Part shown: positions 37,159-48,965 of the stretch, one piece after another | Position numbering within the stretch: the stretch's first letter is position 1 | Layout of the letters: each line of letters opens with the position of its first letter | Assembly (NCBI GenBank): GCA_964270895.1 | Contig: OZ185443.1 | Strand: one strand, 5' to 3' | DNA: 64,000 nucleotides | Source: Podarcis filfolensis | Lineage: Eukaryota | Made by a program: the position numbers and the translations under genes | Notes under the pieces: model-generated | What the model was told of the DNA's origin: nothing | Seen by the model: the letters and a program-made list of their open reading frames with translations, nothing else | Databases searched by the model: none

Positions 37159-37595
37159 TACCTAAGTAAAGTTCTATTTACCCACTGCCACTAAACCCTG
37201 CTTAAAGAAACTTTAATATTTTTGCCTTAAAGTGAAAATGTTGAATCTCCAAAGGGAGATCTAAAGCCAGAGGGCAGATATCAACATTTTTATAGATCTT
37301 CGGTTTTTATTTGAAACATGGTGAATGTTCAGGCAAATACTCTCTCCCCCCCCCCCCCCAATTTGCCGTTTTTCATTCCATTGCATAAAATGCCGAAGCA
37401 CTGTTGCACATCTAGGTGCACAAAAGGAGATAAAGTAGACCACTGCCCTTGAAATGCAGTTCATCAGCTTTAGTGCTATTATTAAGATAGTTAAAGAATG
37501 GTGGTTTCTGGCTGTATATGGATGGGCTGTTTCTGCTTGTTGAATAGTCACCACCAAATAAAATGAAAGTTTAGATATTGACTTGTATCTATTAC

Positions 37596-37721
37596 CTTGA
37601 CAAACAATGGAAGTCTATTTTCTTTGAAGGCATAAAAACTGAATATGTGATGTTGGCCACTCTTTGTTAGTGGTACTAGATTCCCAAAGCAGTCCACATA
37701 GATGGGCTTTCCTTCTAATAC
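37596..37721 (-). CDS. ANK2: ANK2 exon, 126 nt, UPA: [42 protein letters not shown]
   Basis: tatgtag|GTA acceptor, AAG|gtaata donor; translated by hand (absent from the ORF track). Confidence 0.96.
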
Positions 37722-38425
37722 CTACATATGGTTGATAAAGAAAGAACAAAATATAAGTATCATGGGAATGTAGAAGAGAGTTCATTATTACCTTTATTCA
37801 ATTCCTAGAATGCACTGGTCCACTGGCTGGGATTGACAGAAGTGGAAGTTCATCTGAGGGGCCACAGATTCCACAGCCCTCTAGAACCACCACTTTGCTA
37901 AATGGCAATAAAGCGTTTTGGGAGATGACAGCCGGCCCTCAAGTACTATATAGTATAACAGAAAGTCTTATACGCAAACAAGGAAGATAAAAAATATTTT
38001 CCCCTGCTTAAAATCCATAACTGATCTGAACTATGGCTGTTCTAGGTTGGGAAGAATACTGAACAGGAGAATTCCTCTTAGAGGGTGGAGATAGGTGCCA
38101 CATATTGTTTCAGATCCCAATCTAGACAATGTGCTATGTGATTGTATTTGCCACTAAACAAAATTGCAGGGGGACTTGATCTGCAACACGAACATGGCAT
38201 AGAAATGGTGGTGGAGAGAGAAGGATTAACCCTTTTTCCTTCGACCATTTCCTCTTGAAAGCTGCTATTTGCACCTATGGCAAATAGTTTTTCCTCCCAT
38301 AGCAAAAGCAGCTTTCCACCCATGGCAGGGGTGGGAAGAATGTCAAGGAAAAACGAAACAAGAGTAGGAAAGGTTCAGTTCCACGCTCCATACAAATGTT
38401 TTAATCTGGACCGGGAGTCCCTGTA

Positions 38426-38666
38426 CAGTGGTACCTCAGTTTACGAACTTAATCTGTTCCGGAAGTCCGTTCTTAATCCGAAACCGTTCTTAAACCGAGG
38501 TGCGCTTTCCTTAATGAGGCCTCCCGCCGCCGGTGCCCTTCTACCGTTCGGATTCTGTTCTTAGACCGAGGTAAAGTTCTCAAACCGGGACACTATTTTT
38601 GGTTTTGCGGAGTTCGTAAACCAAATCATTCCTAAACAGGACTGTTCCTAAACTGAGGTACCATTG
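38426..38666. mobile_element. Tc1/mariner-type MITE, TA TSD
   Basis: TA|CAGTGGTACCTCAGTTTA ... TAAACTGAGGTACCATTG|TA. Confidence 0.88.
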
Positions 38667-39049
38667 TAGTTCCTTTTCTTCCCAATAAAATGAAATATCT
38701 GCATGTGTTCTAACATATTTTTGTTAGGTATTTTAATATTTGTATATGTTTCATACCCCATTCCAGTATCTGTATAGATTAAGGGTGGGCTATAAAATAT
38801 TTCTAATAAACAAACAAGCAGATAAAGAATATACAGTAATAACCAGTTTTAATTCTACACAGAATACACCAATTGAAATCAGTGGGTATTCTTGGAGGGT
38901 GACTTAGCTGGATATTACCCACATTAAGATTTAAAATGAGAGATTTTCTTTTTCTTTCTACCTACAAAAGGATATTAAGACAATGGTTTTAAAAATACAT
39001 GTACTAAAATGTGAATGAAGGAATTCATTTTGCATGTTTAATTCCATAC

Positions 39050-39278
39050 CTCTACATCTCTGCTTCGGGCAACTTCAGCAAAGTTTTCTTGCTGTTCTAG
39101 CGTTTTATCCACTTTATCATCCGTCATGCAGAAACATCTTAATCGGGCTTCTATAGGATCATGTGATTTGGCAAACACTACAAATTTGGCCATGTAGGGC
39201 ACACAGATAATCTCTCTGTATACTTGGGAAGCAAACGTAACAGATTCCTGTATCTGTCGACAGTCTATCAACCAAAAC
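39050..39278 (-). CDS. ANK2: ANK2 exon, 229 nt, UPA domain: [38 protein letters not shown]...ARSRDVE
   Basis: atttgcag|G acceptor, GAG|gtatgg donor. Confidence 0.97.
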
Positions 39279-39694
39279 CTGCAAATAAACAAACATGGAA
39301 AACTGTTACATAGTTAAGTCTAACATAATGCACACACAAGTTCAGAATTTGGAAAATACATCCAGGAATCACACTAGTATTGATTTCAAATAACTTGTGC
39401 ATTAGCTTGAAATAAACAAATTCTTAATGGGGGGAAAAATCATCTAGATTCTGCATTGGGTGTGGCCCAAGCCTGAGTGTAATTTGAAATGGATCTCTAC
39501 TGATTCCCAGATTACCAAAATGCATTGGAACAGTCATTTTCAGCTGGGATATGAACTGGGATATGTACACAGTCCCTTCACCCCCTTTGCAGCGCACAGG
39601 TGATCAAACCAGGAAAGCTCTAATTAACCACAGTTTCTCCTTTTGTCCATATTAGGATACCATGGCTGCCAGCTTCAGAACAGATATTAAAACA

Positions 39695-41665
39695 CCGGTT
39701 GGTGGAAGGGATTCAGGTCGGAGCGAAACAATATAAACTTAAAGCTTTTGCAGATGACCTAGTTCTGACATTACAGGAGCCGGAGTCTAGTTTGAAAAGA
39801 GTACTACAACTAATTCAAAACTTTGGTCGAGTGGCAGGATTTAAGTTAAATAAGCAAAAAACTAAAGTTCTGGGGAAAAACATGACAGATATTGAGTTGG
39901 AACAGCTTCAGAAAGAGACAGAACTAAATGTGGTTAAAAAAGTTAAATACCTAGGGGTAAACATAACAGCAAAAAATCTGAGTTTATTTAAAGATAATTA
40001 TGAAAAATGTTGGTCAGAGATTAAGAGAGACTTGGATAGTTGGTCAAGATTAAAACTTTCATTGCTAGGCCGAATAGCTGCCATCAAGATGAATGTATTG
40101 CCAAAAATGTTATTTTTATTTCAGACACTGCAGATTGTAGACAAGACAGAGTGCTTCCGGAAGTGGCAGAAAGATATCTCTAAATTTGTCTGGCAGGGCA
40201 AAAAGCCCAGAATCAAATTTAAAATATTAACAGATGCGAAAGAAAGAGGGGGCTTTGCCCTGCCAGACTTAAAGTTGTATTATGAAGCTGCAGCTTTCTG
40301 CTGGTTAAAAGATTGGTTACTTCTTGAAGATACGGATGTCTTGGATTTGGAAGGTTTTAATAATGCGTTTGGATGGCATGCATATTTATGGTATGATAAA
40401 GCTAAGATAAATAAGGCCTTCAAGAACCATATTGTCAGAAAATCAGTTTTTAATGTCTGGACAAAATATAAAGACTTACTGGAGAATAAAACTCCGAGGT
40501 GGCTGTCACCCCTGGAGGCTAAGGCTCGGAAAAGAGCCAATATGGAGGCCAATTGGCCAAAATATTGGGAGATAATAGAAAAGGATGGTGACAACTGGAA
40601 ATTGCAGAGTTTAGAAAAGATGAGAGACAAAGTGCGAGACTGGTTACACTATGCTCAGATTAAAGAAGTGTTTAAAAACGACAAAAAGTTAGGATTCCAA
40701 GTGGAAAAGTCAAAGTTAGAAACTGAACTGTTAGAACCTAAGACTAAGGTACTTTCAAGAATGTATAACTTGCTGCTGAAATGGAACACACATGACGAAA
40801 TGGTAAAATCAACAATGATAAAATGGGCGCAGGATATTGGGTATAATATTATGTTTGAAGATTGGGAAAGGTTGTGGACCTCTGGGCTGAACTTCACTGC
40901 ATGTAATGCGTTGAAGGAAAATGTGATGAAAATGATGTATAGATGGTACATGACCCCTGTTAAACTGGCTAAAATATACCATTCGTCTGATAGCAAATGT
41001 TGGAAGTGTAAGGAAAATGAAGGAACATTTTTTCACCTCTGGTGGACCTGCCCTAGAGTGAAGGCCTTTTGGGAGAAAATATATAATGAATTAAAAAAGG
41101 TGTTTAAATACACCTTTACTAAGAAAGCAGAGGCCTTTCTCCTGGGTATTGTCGGCCAGAGTGTGTTAAAAGAGGACAGAACATTCTTTTTGTACGCAAC
41201 AACAGCAGCAAGAATATTAATTGCCAAGAATTGGAAAACTCAGGAGCTACCCACTGTGGAAGAATGGCAGATGCAACTGATGGACTATATGCAACTAGCC
41301 GAGATGACCGGCAGAATTCGAGACCAGGGAGAAGAAAGGATGGAAGAAGACTGGAGGAAATTTAAGACTTATTTACAAAAATATTGTAATCTGGCTGAGT
41401 GCTGAATAGGATGCCAGTGCAGACAATTGTCTACCATTAAAATAGATTTAAAGTCGAATTATATGTCAAACCAAATTAAGATTATTAATTAAGATGAGTT
41501 AAATGATAATTTGCTTGAAAATAATTTAATAATGATGTAAGTGTATGCGGGAGGTGTGGGGGAGTCCCATGTAACAATTGAAAGATGTTAAATGGACAAC
41601 GATAAGTGCTTATTTGATATATGTTTTATTTGAAAACTTTAATAAATATATTATAAAAAAAAAAA
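39695..41665 (+). mobile_element. 5'-truncated L1-clade LINE, 1,971 bp, with poly(A) and 19-bp TSD
   Basis: TSD cagaacagatattaaaaca at 39676-39694 and 41666-41684; AATAAA at 41641-41646; A-tail 41655-41665. Confidence 0.95.
39699..41405 (+). pseudogene. L1 ORF2 C-terminal remnant (RT C-terminal part with FADD motif and Cys-rich CWKC...HLWWTC domain), 568 uninterrupted codons, no start
   Basis: KLKAFADDLVL, VKYLGVNIT, LSLLGRIAAIKMNVLPK, KERGGFALPDLKLYYEAA and CWKCKENEGTFFHLWWTCP are typical L1 ORF2 motifs. Confidence 0.93.
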
Positions 41666-41789
41666 CAGAACAGATATTAAAACAACATTAGACTCTTCAG
41701 ACTCCAGAATTAATCATTATTTTAGGGTCAGGCCAGAGGATGGATTACTTTGCAAACACTACAATACCAGAATTAGCACATTAGCACAA

Positions 41790-42210
41790 TACCTTAAGGA
41801 CTTCCTGTCTCCATACAAACCTACCTAGACCCTGCACTTGTTATCTGAGGCTCTTTGCTATGTCTCTCCTCCCCAAGAGGTTTAGAGGGTGGCAACACAA
41901 GAACGGACCTTTTCTGTGGAAGCTCCCTGTCTGGGAAAGGCTCTCTTCAGAGAGGCTTGTCTGGTGCCATCATTACGTATCTTTAGGCACCAGGCAAAAA
42001 TATACCTCTTTACCCATGCCTTTGGCCATTAATCTATGGCCTGTTAAAGCTGGGGGACGACGATTTATGATTATTTTATTATTATGCTATCTATTACTAC
42101 GCTTTTCATTATGTTTTTACTATTATGCCCCATAACATGTGATCTTAATGTTGTACACTGCCCTGAGATCTTTTGATAAAGTATATAAATAAGTGAATAA
42201 TAATAAATAA
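41790..42210 (+). mobile_element. Older L2 LINE 3' fragment
   Basis: ggaccttttctgtggaagctccctgtctggg ... tgtacactgccctgagatc ... aataataataaat. Confidence 0.6.
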
Positions 42211-42319
42211 AACTTCAGTGGGGTACTTGTGTCCGATTAAGAAGTAATCAAGCTGAAGATACAGTGCCGAAACACTTAAGTACAGTTTAAAGAAAATATA
42301 CTATTCTAGACAGTGGTAC

Positions 42320-42416
42320 CTGGCAGATACGTTTGTGGTGAAGGAAACACATTCATTGACAAAAGTTAATGGTGTTGTTCCTGTGATGTCTTCCCACTGA
42401 GCAGGTGTTGTTCCAC
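42320..42416 (-). CDS. ANK2: ANK2 exon, 97 nt: [31 protein letters not shown](R)
   Basis: gtttcag|GT acceptor, CAG|gtacca donor. Confidence 0.96.
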
Positions 42417-42515
42417 CTGAAACAATTGAGGACAAAGAGAAAAAATGTTCAGCAATCCTACAAGAAGTCAATGGCCTGGTTGTCATGACGTAGTAAGCCA
42501 AACTATGGCTTGGTG

Positions 42516-42651
42516 CAGTCATCCCCAAACTCGGCCTTCCAGCTGTTTGGGGACTATACTTCCCACCATCCCTGACCACTGGTCCTGTTAGCTAGGGATG
42601 GTGGGAGTTGTAGCCCCAAAACAGCTGGAGGGCCGAGTTTGGGGATGCCTG
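42516..42651. mobile_element. Palindromic hAT-type MITE
   Basis: catccccaaactcggccttccagctg ... cagctggagggccgagtttggggatg; flanked by the imperfect 8-bp repeat gcttggtg/gcttagta. Confidence 0.8.
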
Positions 42652-43042
42652 GCTTAGTAAGACCACAAGAACAGGAGAGGAGCTGACAGCCAATTTGTGT
42701 CTCCAGAGTCCTCCTTACTCCTGCACCAAGTGACTCCAAGATTTGGCACAGCATTTCACTTGAATCTGAGCTTGTGGTGAAGCTCTAACTTTACAAGCTG
42801 TAGCCAAGGTCTGTTCTTGGGTGTTGCTCAGGGTTAATAACTTGATGTTAAAATAAATAAATAAATAAATAAACACCCACATTTTTTTGGTACCAAGATG
42901 CAAAATCTTATTTCAACTATACACTATGGATGTCATTATTTTCACTTTGCAAATATGGGCTAAGCAAGAGCTTTCAATGAGTTCTCTACAACATCAACAT
43001 ACAATGCCACCCTTCTCAATGGACCCATCAGTGCATTTAGAA

Positions 43043-43182
43043 TCATAGAACTGTAGAGTTGGAAGGGACCATGAGAGTCATCTAGCCCAACTCGCTGCAA
43101 TACAGGGATTTATTACCCAACATGGGACTTGAATCCACAACTTTGAGATTAAGAGTATTATGCTTTACCGACCGAGCTATTC
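43043..43182 (-). mobile_element. tRNA-headed SINE with the same CR1-type tail
   Basis: atcatagaactgtagagttggaagggacc...tctagcccaac tail; degenerate tRNA head ending accgagctat. Confidence 0.7.
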
Positions 43183-43204
43183 AAGGTACTTCTTATGAGC
43201 TTAC

Positions 43205-43409
43205 CTGTTATGCTGCATAGTAGTCTTAGAGTGGGTGCATCACCCCCATATCCATTAATCATCAGATCACTAGAGGCTTTAGGAACAGGAATAGTCATTG
43301 TTATTGGCTTATGGAATTTTCTTCTCCTGGGTTCCAATGTGACAATAGGGCTGAATGTGGCTTTGTTGCCTAAAATCTTCTTTACAAGCTCATTGTGCAT
43401 AGGTTGAGC
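43205..43409 (-). CDS. ANK2: ANK2 exon, 205 nt, second ZU5: [37 protein letters not shown]...LLCSIT(G)
   Basis: tggttag|GCT acceptor, CAG|gtaagc donor. Confidence 0.97.
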
Positions 43410-44149
43410 CTAACCAAAGACATGTACAAAATGAAGGTCTTAAGTATTGGTATCTGAACAATCATAACAACATCATCTTCTCCACAGTGGCCAACCAGAT
43501 GCCCTTGGCAGGTCCACAATCAGGACGTAAACACAAAAATCTTCTCTCACTTTTGTTCACAAGTGACTGGTGTCTTTGTTTCTGGCAATAGCATATATTC
43601 ATCATCATTCGTAGACATTGGGCAATGTCTTCTATGAATTTGACTATATATTTAAAGCTATATAAATCTGATTACCCATTGCACATTCCATGCGCCTCAA
43701 TTAATTACAATTCCATTTTCTGCTTACTCCTGTCTTCTGCCCCTAATTTATTTATTCATTTAAATATTTATAAACCACACTTTCATGTCAGTGTACATCA
43801 TACAAGAATTACAACAATGAAACAATTAATAAAAGCATCCATAAATACTGGCTAGTGATTTCAAAGGGCTATCTAAATAACATAATTTTTAGTAAAGACA
43901 GGGATGATTGTTCAGGCTGGGAACTCCACGGGACCCCCTACTGGCAGGGATTTCCACAGCCTGTCATACTATAGGCTCAGTCCCTCCAAAGGCCAACCAA
44001 ACCTCAGGAGGATGGGGAAACACAATGAGTGCATCAAAGGATTTCAGTGATTGACATGGCACATTATGGTCCTTAAAGTACTTGCAATCCAAGTTGCTTA
44101 AGGCTTTGTGAATTAGCACTAGGGACCTTGAGCCTCACCTGATGGCAAA

Positions 44150-44310
44150 TTGGCAAGTGCTGTCAGCATGCTGCCAGTAGCCTGCTCCTGCATTCTGTAC
44201 TAGCTTCAGTTTTCAGACCAGATACAGGGGTAGCCCCACATAGAGCATGTTACAGTAATCAAGTCTTGAGGTTATCAATGCATGGGCCACTTTGGTAAGG
44301 CTATTACGGT
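44150..44310 (-). mobile_element. Degenerate L2 ORF2 fragment
   Basis: gcctgctcctgcattctgtactagc ... cagagcatg-like ttacagtaatcaagtcttgaggttatcaatgcatgg resembles the antisense L2 RT C-terminus. Confidence 0.45.
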
Positions 44311-46061
44311 CTTGTTAAGGAATGCAATTAATGAGTTAATACTCTACAAGCCAGCAGAGATGATTCAATGCACCTGAAGGAATTTGAGATTCTCTTATCT
44401 GCGTTACTGGGCAGATTTGACAAGTATCTTTGTGTATAAAAGGGCTATAGCCTGCTGTGTGGGTTGTGGTAGAAGACGGCAAGAATTGCGGAAGGCTGTC
44501 TGTTGGAACTATGGATTTGAGTGAAGACTTTTTGAAGAGATTTTGGACCTCCAGTGACAGAGATGGCTCAAGATGTACCTTGCACACCTCTTCCTTCAGA
44601 GGGACTTCAACCCCAACCAGAACAGACAAGTGCTATTAGCGCTAAAGGCTGCTCCCAGTGCAAATATCCATCGGAATCATAGATTACCAAGCCTTCTATG
44701 TCCTTAGAGAGGTTGCCACAGAGCTCCTGGGGAAACCCAAGCTCCTTCTGAGAATTATTTGAAAAATCTTCAAGCCCATTCAGAGATGGGATGAGGTCAC
44801 CATTCTCTAGCAAGCAGATGAGTGACAAATTGGACACAGCTTTATATTTTTACATAATCTGGGAATCATAAAGTGCTTTATGAACATTTAACTAATCAAT
44901 CCTTTCAACATAACTTCAAAGCATTCAATGCAAGTTCGCAAAGCCTACCACTTCCAATTTATTTGTAAATTAGACCAGAAATATGGAACTCTAATCACAG
45001 TTGTGAAAAGAGGTTAATTGGAGGAAATGGAAGTTAAATTACTTGCTGAATGTAGATGGACAGAGTCACAGTTTGTGAATTCATAACTTTTACTCATCTG
45101 CTTTGAACTCAAAATATCTTTAATTTACTGTGGCAGTCTTTTAGATAAAACAATATTTGCAATGAAACAGTTCAGTAGCTTCTGTTATTATTTTCTCTGA
45201 ATAAAATAGATACCATTCCAGCCAGCTCCATGCACCCAGCTCATTCCTTCACTCCTACTTCTCTTCTCCTTTAGCATAAGTGGGAATACATAGCTGGAAA
45301 CGTCAGTTAACCATTGCTTCTTGTTATGTGTAAAGCAAGAACTATGCTTAGCAGCTTCCAAATAAACCAGCATTCGAAAGCTAACTTTAAACATGGCTCC
45401 ATCTCCTAGTTTATTTGGAAGCCATGAAGCAGTACCTCAGTTATGTCATAACAAGAAGCAATTGTTAACAAGTGGCTTCTGGGCTGGTTTCCCTGCTCAA
45501 TTGAAGGTAGGTGCAAAGGACCTGTTGCAGATTCATTGAGTACATGCATATCCTGGTTTATAAAGGCAGGAATCGTTTGTGCAAAGATAACCAGCGGTCT
45601 CCAGAGAAATGAGGGTTGTTTCTGAAATTCTGAATTACCTGCTGCGACTTCTCAAATGGGAGCCAATGCTTTAGTAATTCTCCATTGCTGTTGCTTTTTT
45701 ATTTCCAAATTTTGTACAGAATAGTGTGCAAGCATAGTAAGACAATGCCAAATGGATACCAGTGTGCACATCTGCAAAAAGGATCTAAACACAATCTTAT
45801 GTGTGATTGCATCAATATGGTTTTTTGTTTGTTTGTTTTGTAAAGTTTTACCAATGTGCATGTCTGTTATGATTAAATGTAGGAAGGAACCAGAGGTCCA
45901 GAAATAGTTTTATTAATTCTTCTAGCTACTGGAATTCAGGGGGAGTGACATACAGGAAAGAGAACCCAGATAAATAATTAAAAATGGAATGAAGAAACTC
46001 CTCTCATCAACAGAAATGCTGCCAGTTAGATAATGTAAAGTCTTGTCCTCATTTATCTTAC

Positions 46062-46273
46062 CTGCAGACCAACACGAATTCGCTTGGTTAGTGCTCCCTC
46101 TGGAAAGACAGCCTGTACTTGAGGTACTACTGTACTGCTTAGCACACCACCCTCGGGTCCAATGAGGTTACTGTCTTGTTTGACTCGGGACACCACTGCA
46201 AAGTACTGTGGGAAGTCCCGAGTGATGATACGACAAATGCGTTTCTTCTCCAGCTCCTCTGGTGTGTCAAGGA
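46062..46273 (-). CDS. ANK2: ANK2 exon, 212 nt: (V)[30 protein letters not shown]...TKRIRVGLQ
   Basis: tacttag|TC acceptor, CAG|gtaaga donor; ZU5-ZU5 junction. Confidence 0.97.
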
Positions 46274-46320
46274 CTAAGTAAAAAGAAACCATAGTTAAAC
46301 CATAATTATTTCCTACAGTA

Positions 46321-46323
<3 letters not shown>

Positions 46324-46365
<42 letters not shown>
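46324..46365. repeat. (TA)n microsatellite
   Basis: Direct reading. Confidence 0.95.
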
Positions 46366-46367
<2 letters not shown>

Positions 46368-46651
46368 GTTGCGGCGCTCATCTCGCTTTATTGACCGAGG
46401 GAGCCGGCGTACAGCTTCCGGGGCATGTGCCCAGCATGACTAAGCCGCTTCTGGCGAACCAGAGCAGCGCATGGAAATGCTGTTTACCTTCCCGCCGGAG
46501 TGGTACCTATTTGGTATCTACTTCACTTTGATGTGCTTTCGAACTGCTAGGTTGGCAAGAGCAGGGACTGAGCAACGGGAGCTCACCCCGTTGCGGGGAT
46601 TCGAACCACCGACCTAGGCTCTGTGGTTTAACCGACAGCACCATCCGCATC

Positions 46652-46653
<2 letters not shown>
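46366..46653 (-). mobile_element. Sauria SINE, 3'-truncated with a small internal deletion, between (TA)n tracts
   Basis: Aligns by eye to 17752-18041; lacks the 3' tail. Confidence 0.92.

Positions 46654-46683
<30 letters not shown>
46654..46683. repeat. (TA)n microsatellite
   Basis: Direct reading. Confidence 0.95.
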
Positions 46684-46686
<3 letters not shown>

Positions 46687-47583
46687 TGCTTCCTTTCTGT
46701 AGATACAATTTGAGATTGTTCTTAAGTAATTGTTGCAGCATCATAGCCATAGTCAGATAGAAAACTACTGGCAGATCTTATTATATTAAAAATTGTGTAG
46801 TAGATTAACTGACTTTTCAGATCGTGCATTGACCAGCCAAAGTAAACCCTCAAAGCTATAAAATTCAAAATTTACTTCATGCTACTCCTAATGGCCAGTT
46901 TTCCACCCAACACAACACTTACTTCTCTAATTTTCTAGAGTTTAGATGTCTCCATGGCTACAGAAAGATTTGTGAACTCTACGTTCAGACTATGTTAATC
47001 TTCCTTATTTGCCACTATGGCCCTACTATTGAATGTAAATGTGGTTGGCAGAAGACCACACAATGTGTTAGGATTGCCATTAAAGGGTTTCTTCAGATTT
47101 TTGCAGTTTTGTCCAGAATAACAAATCAAAAACTTCATGTCACTTGGATACCCAAATAGATCTTTCACTTAGTGCAGGGAGATTTGACCACAAATTCACA
47201 AAAATGGGGAAATATTAGTGAGAATTCACAAAGTTGCTGGTAAATGTGTTTGTCTTACCCATGAGTCATTTTAAACTGTTCTGACTTACAGAAAGAAGGC
47301 AAATGCCACAAGTCTTTTGATGTTCTATTTGTCTTTTTCTACTTATTCCATCGTATGCCAGGTTAATAGACTGAATGGTCTTGCACACAAATATTCATTG
47401 GCCACATGGCATTGTACATGTCAGCTCAGGGGAGAGTTAGCCGCACAGAAACTACATATAGCAAATATGCATAGCAAATGCATGCAGTGGTTGCAGAATA
47501 ATGTTTTTATTTATTTTTTAAGTTCATTATCATTTCCTTTCTGTGGCTTTCAGACCTTTCTCCTTTCCTAGCAAACTGTGTAC

Positions 47584-47738
47584 CTTCATCCATCCCGTTT
47601 AGGATTTCATTCAGCTCATCTTCTGTAAATTCACAGAAATGCTCCTTCCAGTTGTCTCCATTCTCACTGCGCAGGATCACCAGCTCCCTTTCTTTACCAC
47701 GTAAAGCCGCAAAGTGAGGAATCTCGACAATCACAGGC
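47584..47738 (-). CDS. ANK2: ANK2 exon, 155 nt: [51 protein letters not shown]
   Basis: gtaatag|G acceptor, AAG|gtacac donor; ZU5 sequence. Confidence 0.96.
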
Positions 47739-48866
47739 CTATTACAGCAACACAGCACGTTAAAGGCCTGTGCCAAATGGGCAGCAAATCAATACAAGTT
47801 TTCTCAGTCTGTTACAAAGTGACCTGGAATACGGCCGGCTTCTTTGCCATTCCTGGATACGATCCTGAAAAAAGCATACTAGAACCACTTTGGCATTATA
47901 TAGCTTGTTGTTAGGGCCAGTGAGCAATGTACTCCCACTTTTTTTTTTATTTAAATAAAAATCACACAGCATCTATGGTACTTGCCAAAGCAGCAGGGGC
48001 TGGCATTGGGGCTGTAGAATTATAATCTGGAATGAATAAAGCCCACACATTTGAAACTTGTTTTGATGTGTGGAATCCTGTGCAATCACATTTATCATGC
48101 AGAATCTACTGTTATCTATGTATATACATATATGGACACATTAAAGAAAAATATGATTTATAGGAGAATACAAATCTATTTAAGAAACAGGCCACATCTG
48201 TCATCAATCTGCATTGATTTTATATTGGCTCTTTGTTTCAGTTGACATTTTCCAGACTCCTAATTTATAGTGAAAATGCCCAAATGATTATTCTATATTA
48301 ATCTACAAGCGCAAAATCAAATTTCTGCTCATTGTGCCCATATTGTATATATGTTTCATCATAACTTGTGTTTCCCATTTTTGCAAAAACTATAAATACA
48401 TTTGTGTATCAATAGTCTCACAATAATAACTGAATTACATAGGCCATCTTGTATATATCATGCTAAGTTCTATGTTATATCCAATATATAACATATCACC
48501 GTTGTGTTGGTGACAATAGAGGCAAAATATTGTACAGTAGATTCCTACAGTTCCAGTCCAGGTTGCTTTGCGACAGACGTCAAGCACACAACAGCTATAA
48601 CAACTGTTACATTTCACAGCTAGGAAGTTCTCATGCTAAATCATAAGTGGAGTTCAAGGAACTTTAAGAAAAGGTACAAACATATCACCAAAACAAAAAC
48701 CACATACCACAAGGGCTGGAAAATGGTCCACTAAAGGTTAGGTAAATACAGAATTTAAAATCATAGAAAGGGACAATGTCATGGGCACAATGACATAAAA
48801 ATAATATTGCAGAAGGAGAAGAATGGGAAGGCCAGCATCCATCAATTTGTTTTAAGTCTCTCCTAC

Positions 48867-48965
48867 CCAAGAAATTTGGTCCCTGGAGGCCCCAGCTGAA
48901 GGATTCGGCTGACCAAACTTTCTCCCTCATTAAGTGGGGGAGGAGCCGTAGGCAGGTGAAGTTTA
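48867..48965 (-). CDS. ANK2: ANK2 99-nt cassette exon, phase 2-2: KLHLPTAPPPLNEGESLVSRILQLGPPGTKFL(G)
   Basis: tactcag|T acceptor, TGG|gtagga donor; matches the alternative 33-aa ZU5 insert of human ankyrin-B. Confidence 0.93.
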
